From assembly GCF_051105105.1 (NCBI RefSeq), contig NZ_CP185339.1: DNA of 64,000 nucleotides. One strand, written 5' to 3'. This document shows positions 58,672 through 64,000 of this stretch, piece after piece. Both the position numbers and the translations under genes were made by a program. The stretch's first letter is position 1. Every line of letters begins with the position of its first letter. The stretch comes from Nannocystis pusilla. Its GTDB lineage: Bacteria > Myxococcota_A > Polyangia > Nannocystales > Nannocystaceae. The notes beneath the pieces are model-generated. The model was not told the DNA's origin. It made no database searches and saw only the letters and a program-made list of their open reading frames with translations.

Positions 58672-59175
58672 ATGAAAATGCACAAGCTCTTCCTGACCCT
58701 GTTGGCGCTCCTCTTCAGCGTGACCGGTTGCAGCTTCACGCTCTCGTCGCACGGCGGTTGGGGGTCGGAGGGGCCCGCGCCGCGGATGGCCAGCCGCGGT
58801 TACGGCTGGGCCTCCGCGGGCGACCCGGGCCTGCACGGCCGCGGCAAGCCGGCCCGCCGCGTCGACGCCGGCGAGCGCCCCGCGACGAAGCCGGCCGGCG
58901 CGGCGCCCACCAAGGCGAAGCAGCCGGGGATCACGTGGGCGGGCGAGGTGCCGCAGAAGGCGAAGAAGCCAGGGATCACGTGGGCGGGCGAGGTGCCGCA
59001 GAAGGCGAAGAAGCCGGGGATCACGTGGGCGGGCGAGGTGCCGCAGAAGGCGAAGAAGCCGGGGATCACGTGGGCCGGGAAGGTGCCGCCGAAGCGGGCG
59101 AAGCAGCCGAGCAAGCCCGCCGGCAAGCGGCCGGCGATCACGTGGGCCGGCACGGTCCCGCCGCGCCCGCAATGA
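58672..59175 (+). CDS. lipoprotein with ~4.5 tandem 15-aa repeats (PGITWAGEVPQKAKK)
   Basis: MKMHKLFLTLLALLFSVTGC lipobox; 45-bp DNA tandem repeats 58921-59130. Confidence 0.65.
   Translation: MKMHKLFLTLLALLFSVTGCSFTLSSHGGWGSEGPAPRMASRGYGWASAGDPGLHGRGKPARRVDAGERPATKPAGAAPTKAKQPGITWAGEVPQKAKKPGITWAGEVPQKAKKPGITWAGEVPQKAKKPGITWAGKVPPKRAKQPSKPAGKRPAITWAGTVPPRPQ
58921..59130 (+). repeat. 45-bp coding tandem repeat x ~4.5
   Basis: ccggggatcacgtgggcgggcgaggtgccgcagaaggcgaagaag repeated. Confidence 0.8.
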
Positions 59176-59224
59176 GGTCGAGCAGGCGCGGCGCGCGAGG
59201 CGCTCGCTGAACCTGCTCACACGG

Positions 59225-59320
59225 CCATGTCCATGAGGACATGGCCGTTTTTGTTGCGCCGGTGCTGGCGCGTCGCGTTCTTCTCATGACTAATCGGACA
59301 TGTCCTCTCAGACCGGCGCG
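59225..59320. repeat. inverted repeat CCATGTCC-atga-GGACATGG plus GGACATGTCC palindrome
   Basis: ggCCATGTCCatgaGGACATGGcc ... aatcGGACATGTCCtc. Confidence 0.6.
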
Positions 59321-59361
59321 GCGCTCGCCGGACCGCGTGCTCACGAGCTCCCACGCGCTCA

Positions 59362-59673
59362 GGGCGTGAAGGTCTCGCAGGCCGCGTCGACGACGGTCGT
59401 CAGCGCCTCCGCGAAGACGTCGCCGATCGGATCGTCGCCGCGCTTCTTGCACCTCGTGCGGTACATGCCGCGCGCGCCGAACGTCCCCGCGACCTCGCGC
59501 AGCACCTCGGAGTCCTTGACCTCGCCGCCGTAGGCGTTGTCGCAGCCGCCCTCGTCGCCGCCGATGCCGAGGAACACCACGCGCTCCGCGTCGCCCTTGG
59601 CGGCGACGATGGCGTCGTGGACCTCCGCGGCGTCGTCGGGGCCGACCAGCGACTCGTCCTCGTCGGTGATCAT
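59362..59673 (-). CDS. small hypothetical protein (104 aa) translationally coupled to ATP-grasp gene
   Basis: MITDEDESLVGPDDAAEVHDAIVAAKGDAERVVFLGIGGDEGGCDNAYGG.... ATGA overlap with the upstream gene stop. Confidence 0.45.
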
Positions 59674-60572
59674 GGCCTGGTCGGCTGCGGATCCCAGGCG
59701 GCCAGGGCCCGATAAAACACCTCCGGATCGAGCAGCGGCGGCAGGCCGGCGACCTGGCCGTCGCCGAGCTCGATCGCGGTCCAACCTCCCGCTGCCCGCT
59801 CGGCGAGGTCGAGGCTGAAGAAGCGGCTCGGCACGCGGCGCGCGAGGTCGGCGAAGTCCGGGGGCGCGGCGGTGTCGGCGATCTCCCACGCCGGCGCCTC
59901 GACGAGCGCGCGCCCGTCGGCGATGAACCGCCGCCATTCGCGGGGCAGGGGCATCCCGCTCCTCGGGTGGTTCCCGAGCGGCACCAGCGGCTCGTAGGCG
60001 CGGAAGACCAGGCCGCCGACGAGGTCGTCGCCCTGGCGCTCGAGGAAGTTGCCGACCACGCGACGGACCTCGGCGACGTCGTCGGCGGCGCGGATGAAGC
60101 ACGCGTCGTTCCACTCGTGCTTGCGCGACTTGACGTAGTCCTTGACGATGAGCGCGCGCCCGCCGAAGCGCACCAGAGCGGCCGCGATCTGCGGCTCCTG
60201 CAGGCCGTCCTCACGCGGCAGCACGACGGTCTCCGGGGTGTCGTCGCCGAGGTGCGGCAGCGCGGCGGGCAGCAGGTGGGCGCTGCGGTAGGCCGCGGGG
60301 TCATTGACGAGCTGCAGGCCGCGCGCGCCGAGGCCGGCGTGCAGCGCGTCGTAGGCGGCCGGCGGCACCATCCAGCCGCGGTAGACCGCGACCTCGACCG
60401 CCTCGCTCGCCTGTACCCGGCGCAGCGCGGCGCCGACGTCTCCCGTCACCAGCGCCTCGAAGTCGACGCACGACCACGCGATGCCGACCGCGTCGGCGGC
60501 GGCGACCTCGGGCGCGAACGCGCGATCGGGCCGGCGCTCGAGCAAAGGGTCGGTGCAGAACAGTACGCGCAT
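59670..60572 (-). CDS. ATP-grasp domain protein (R2K-clade/DUF4343-like amidoligase)
   Basis: ~300 aa with ATP-grasp-like Lys/Arg positions (RALIVKDYVKSRKHEWNDACFI...). Confidence 0.65.
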   Translation of the reverse strand: MRVLFCTDPLLERRPDRAFAPEVAAADAVGIAWSCVDFEALVTGDVGAALRRVQASEAVEVAVYRGWMVPPAAYDALHAGLGARGLQLVNDPAAYRSAHLLPAALPHLGDDTPETVVLPREDGLQEPQIAAALVRFGGRALIVKDYVKSRKHEWNDACFIRAADDVAEVRRVVGNFLERQGDDLVGGLVFRAYEPLVPLGNHPRSGMPLPREWRRFIADGRALVEAPAWEIADTAAPPDFADLARRVPSRFFSLDLAERAAGGWTAIELGDGQVAGLPPLLDPEVFYRALAAWDPQPTRP

Positions 60573-60696
60573 GCGGGCATCCTAGCGGGCGTCGGCGCGC
60601 GAGGCAGGACCTGCCGTCGCGGGTCCGTGCGCGACATCGGCCGGCAACAGCCAGTACACCGCTCTGTTACGATGGCGCGTCGGGGGGGGAAGGGGT

Positions 60697-62827
60697 TTGA
60701 TCGCCAACTTGGTCTCGGCGCTGACGGGTAACGCGGCGCTGTTCACGTTCACCGCCTCCGCCGGAGATCTCGAAGTGGTCCGCTTCGCCGGCTTCGAGGC
60801 GGTCTCGTCGCTGTTCGAGCTTCGCATCGAGCTCGCGGGCCCCGAGATCGACCTCGCGGCGCTGGTCGACAAGCCGGCGCTGCTGACGATCGGCGGCGTC
60901 GAGTCGCCGCGCCAGATCCACGGCCTCGTGTGCGGCGCCGAGTACAGCGGCGAGCTGCGCCAGCACCATATCTACGAGGTGACGTTCGTGCCGCGGGTGT
61001 GGCGGCTGACGCGGCGCCAGGACAGCCGGATCTTCCAGCGCAAGACGACGCAGACGATCGTCGGCGAGGTGCTCGAGAAGGCCGGGATCCCGCGCGACTG
61101 GTTCCGCTTCGACCTGTTCTCCTCGTACAACCCGCGCGACTACTGCGTGCAGTACCGCGAGTCGGACTGGGACTTCGTCAGCCGGCTGCTCGAGGAGGAC
61201 GGCATCTATTATTACTTCGAGCACAGCGCCGAGAAGCACGTGCTCGTGATGAGCGACAAGCCCGGCGCGCCCACGATCGCGGGGCCGCAGGAGGTGTGGT
61301 GGGCCCCGCCGCACGGGTTCGTGCGCGGGCAGGAGCACATCACCCGCTTCCGCCTGCTCGAGGGCGTGCGCACCGGCAAGTCCGCGCTGCGCGACCACAA
61401 CCTTCACAAGCCCGACCAGCAGATGGACGCCAGCGAGACGGCATCTCTGGCCACCGACCTCGAGGTCTACGACTTCCCCGGCGAGTACCAGGAGAGCGGC
61501 GGGCGCACCTCGGACCAGGGCGCCGGCCTGGCGAAGATCCGGCTCGAGGCGATGCAGCACGACCGCCGCCGCGGCCTCGGCGAGAGCGACTGCCCGCGGC
61601 TCGTGCCCGGCTACTCGTTCACGCAGGCCGGCCACCAGCGCGGCGACCTCGACGGCGACTACAAGCTGCTGCGCGTCGAGCACAGGGGCGAGCAGTCGCA
61701 GGTGCTCGAGCAGGACGCCGGCACCGAGTTCTCCTACAACAACAGCTTCGTGTGCATCGAGGCCAAGACGCCGTACCGGCCGCCGCGCGTGACCCCGCGG
61801 CCGACGGTGCGAGGCGTGCAGACGGCCACCGTGGTCGGTCCGCCCAACGAGGAGATCTACGTCGACGAGCACGCGCGGGTGAAGGTGCAGTTCCACTGGG
61901 ACCGCAGCGACAAGTTCAGCGAAGACTCGTCGTGCTGGGTCCGCGTCAGTCAGCTATGGGCCGGCAACTCGTGGGGCGCGATGTTCATCCCGCGGATCGG
62001 CCACGAGGTGCTGGTCGACTTCATCGAGGGCGACCCCGATCGCCCGGTGATCGTCGGCCGGATCTACCACGGCCTCAACCTGCCGCCGTACCCGCTGCCG
62101 GAGCAGAAGACCAAGAGCACCATCAAGTCGGACACCTATCAGGGGGCCGGCTACAACGAGCTGCGCTTCGAGGACCAGAAGGGGATCGAGCAGATCTTCA
62201 TGCACGCGCAGCGCAACATGGACATCCGCGTCCTGCACGACCGGATGGAGAGCGTGCTGCACAACCGCCACCTGACCGTCGGCAGCAACGACGGCGGGGC
62301 CAAGATCGGCGACTACTACGAGAACATCTGGCGCGACCACCACTGGCGCATCGATCGCAACCGCAACGAGCACGTCGGCGGCGACCTGCGGATCCGCGTC
62401 GGCGGCATCGACGGCGTCGGCCACGTCGACACGATCATCGAGGGCAACCGCCGCGAGCTGGTGATGCAGAGCCAGAAGCCTCGAGGTCAAGGCCGACCTC
62501 AAGATCAAGATCGGCGGCGGCCACCACGAGCAGGTCCTAGGCGACGTCCACCGCAAGGTCACCGGCCTGCTGTCGGTCGAGGCGCTCAAGGAGGTCCACT
62601 ACAAGTCGTCCAAGGTCGTGATCGAGGCGTCGCAGGGGCTGACCGTCCGCGGCCCCGGCGGCTTCATCACCATTCACTCGGGCGGCATCGACATCGTCGG
62701 CACGCTGGTGAAGATCAACAGCGGCGGCTCGGCGCTCACCGGCACGGCCGCCGGCCCGCTGAACCCCGACGAGGCCAAGCCGGTCGAACCGACCAAGCCC
62801 GACCCGGCCGACAGCGGCGGCATCTGA
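60697..62827 (+). CDS. vgrG: type VI secretion system spike protein VgrG; frameshift ~62477
   Basis: Phage gp27/gp5-like regions (VTFVPRVWRLTRRQDSRIFQ; WAGNSWGAMFIPRIGHEVLVDFIEGDPDRPVIVGRIYHG). The C-terminal beta-helix continues in track ORF 62618..62827. Confidence 0.85.
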
Positions 62828-62842
62828 CCCGAAGGACACGTC

Positions 62843-63469
62843 ATGCCGCCCGCAGCCCGCATCACTGACATGCACGTGTGCCCGGTGCCGACCCACGTCG
62901 GCGGCCCGGTGGTCGTCGGCGAGACCTCGGTGCTGATCGGCATGATGCCGGCCGCGCGCGAGGGCGACAAGCTGGTGTGCGCGACCGGCCCCGACAGCGT
63001 CGCCCGCGGCGAGCCGTCGGTGATCATCGGCAACAAGCCCGCCGCGCGCCTCGGCGACCCGACCACCCACGGCGGCACGATCGTCGTCGGCTGCCCGACC
63101 GTGATCATCGGCTCGTCGGCCCAGGTCGAGGCGCTGCGCACCGACAAGCCGTTCTGCGAGGAGTGCGAGAAGCAGCGCAACACCACGCTGATCCTCGACC
63201 ACCGCTACCACGACGACGAGCCGGTGCAGGAGGCCGAGTACGAGGTCGAGCTGCGCGACGGCACGATCCTCAAGGGCAAGCTCGACGCGGGCGGCCAGGC
63301 CCGCATCGAGGGCGTGCCCCCCGAGCGGGCCCGCGTGCGCTACGGCCCCGACGTGCGCCAGTGGGAGCGCAAGGAGCAGACGCCGAACCCGACCTTCAAG
63401 GAAGAATTCTCCGACGGCGACGCCGACGCGCTGATCGACGCCGTCACCGGCGAGGGACAGCAGCGATGA
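62843..63469 (+). CDS. PAAR-domain protein (T6SS spike tip) with C-terminal extension
   Basis: PAAR motifs MMPAAREGDK and NKPAARLGDP. Confidence 0.85.
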   Translation: MPPAARITDMHVCPVPTHVGGPVVVGETSVLIGMMPAAREGDKLVCATGPDSVARGEPSVIIGNKPAARLGDPTTHGGTIVVGCPTVIIGSSAQVEALRTDKPFCEECEKQRNTTLILDHRYHDDEPVQEAEYEVELRDGTILKGKLDAGGQARIEGVPPERARVRYGPDVRQWERKEQTPNPTFKEEFSDGDADALIDAVTGEGQQR

Positions 63470-64000
63470 GCGGCGGCGAGTACATGCGCGCCATCACCGA
63501 CGTCGGTGAGTGGATCTGGGGCCTCGTCCGCGGCGGGTTCAACGAGCAGCAGTCGATCAGCCAGATCATCGTCGACGCGATCATCGGCATGATCCCCGTG
63601 GTCGGCAACGTCACCGCGGTGCGCGACCTGCTGGCGGTGGTCATCCGCCTCGCCGACCACCCGGAGCGGCGCCAGGAGACCATGCAGTGGGTCGAGCTGG
63701 CGATCTGCCTGTTCGCGCTGATCCCGGTGGCGGGCGGCGCGATCAAGGGCGTCGGCCGGCTGCTCGCGCGGGTCGGCCGCAACGCCGCCGAGGCGGCGCC
63801 GGTGCTGCGCGAGGCGATCGAGCTGCTCAACCGGCTCGGCTCCGGCAACGCGGTCCGCTTCATCCGCGAGCTCGACCTGTCGCGCTACACCGCCGAGCTG
63901 CAGCGCCACTTCCGTCAGCTGGTCGGGCGCGTGACCACCACGGTCGACGCGATCCTGCGCCGCGGGCGGTGGGTGCTGCCCAACAGCATGACGGAGCGCC
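63466..64000 (+). CDS. putative T6SS effector (N-terminal region with hydrophobic helices), truncated by window end
   Basis: ATGA overlap with the PAAR stop. MSGGEYMRAITDVGEWIWGLVRGGFNEQQSISQIIVDAIIGMIPVVGNVTAVRDLLAVVIRL...WVELAICLFALIPVAGGAIKGVG. Open reading frame runs to the window end. Confidence 0.5.
   Translation, partial: MSGGEYMRAITDVGEWIWGLVRGGFNEQQSISQIIVDAIIGMIPVVGNVTAVRDLLAVVIRLADHPERRQETMQWVELAICLFALIPVAGGAIKGVGRLLARVGRNAAEAAPVLREAIELLNRLGSGNAVRFIRELDLSRYTAELQRHFRQLVGRVTTTVDAILRRGRWVLPNSMTER

Overview
Assessment of a 64 kb, ~71% GC window read by eye with no tools. The genome style (lipoproteins with Thr/Ser-rich linkers behind a lipobox Cys, many hybrid His-kinases, a Ser/Thr kinase, TPR/LRR proteins, an orphan vgrG-PAAR island) fits a myxobacterium, probably Polyangiaceae/Sorangium-like. 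Most long ORFs in the six-frame track are alternate-frame artefacts of the high GC content; the genes listed were called from protein-level family signatures.

Main content:
1. 1-9737: a tightly packed minus-strand operon encoding a fused E1-like/YcaO cyclodehydratase, a radical-SAM/SPASM enzyme, a GT-B and a GT-A glycosyltransferase, a PhyH-type and a JmjC/cupin-type Fe/2OG oxygenase and a GMC-type FAD oxidoreductase. A divergent CxxCxxCC (YkgJ-like) protein sits beside it. This looks like an uncharacterised RiPP-type (azoline, rSAM crosslink, glycosyl, hydroxyl) biosynthetic cluster with no obvious precursor gene.
2. 10-21 kb: a dense signalling block (PAS-PAS-STAS, three hybrid histidine kinases, a CheY-like regulator).
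3. 21-45 kb: assorted lipoproteins, a cytochrome c, GAF-STAS, MarR+VOC, LRR proteins, a small secreted 6-Cys peptide, a hydrolase plus AraC, a WD40-like protein, a three-subunit xanthine-dehydrogenase-family molybdoenzyme, HxlR+azoreductase-like, and an S1/P1 nuclease.
4. 45-59 kb: MOSC, a Cache-type HK, hydrolases, GNAT, a Ser/Thr kinase with an overlapping TPR lipoprotein, and a 15-aa-repeat lipoprotein. A family of low-GC GGACATGTCC/ACATGTCC palindromic repeats is scattered across this block (one copy at 22.6 kb) and forms 14-bp-periodic arrays in two convergent intergenic regions.
5. 59-64 kb: an R2K-like ATP-grasp plus a small coupled protein, then VgrG-PAAR-effector (T6SS spike island, truncated by the window end).

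At least 13 apparent frameshifts were seen. Eight of them insert an extra A/T inside a GACGT(C/T) site (GACGTC to GAACGTC/GACGTTC). That looks like systematic sequencing or assembly error at a motif, possibly a methylated AatII-like site, rather than pseudogenes.
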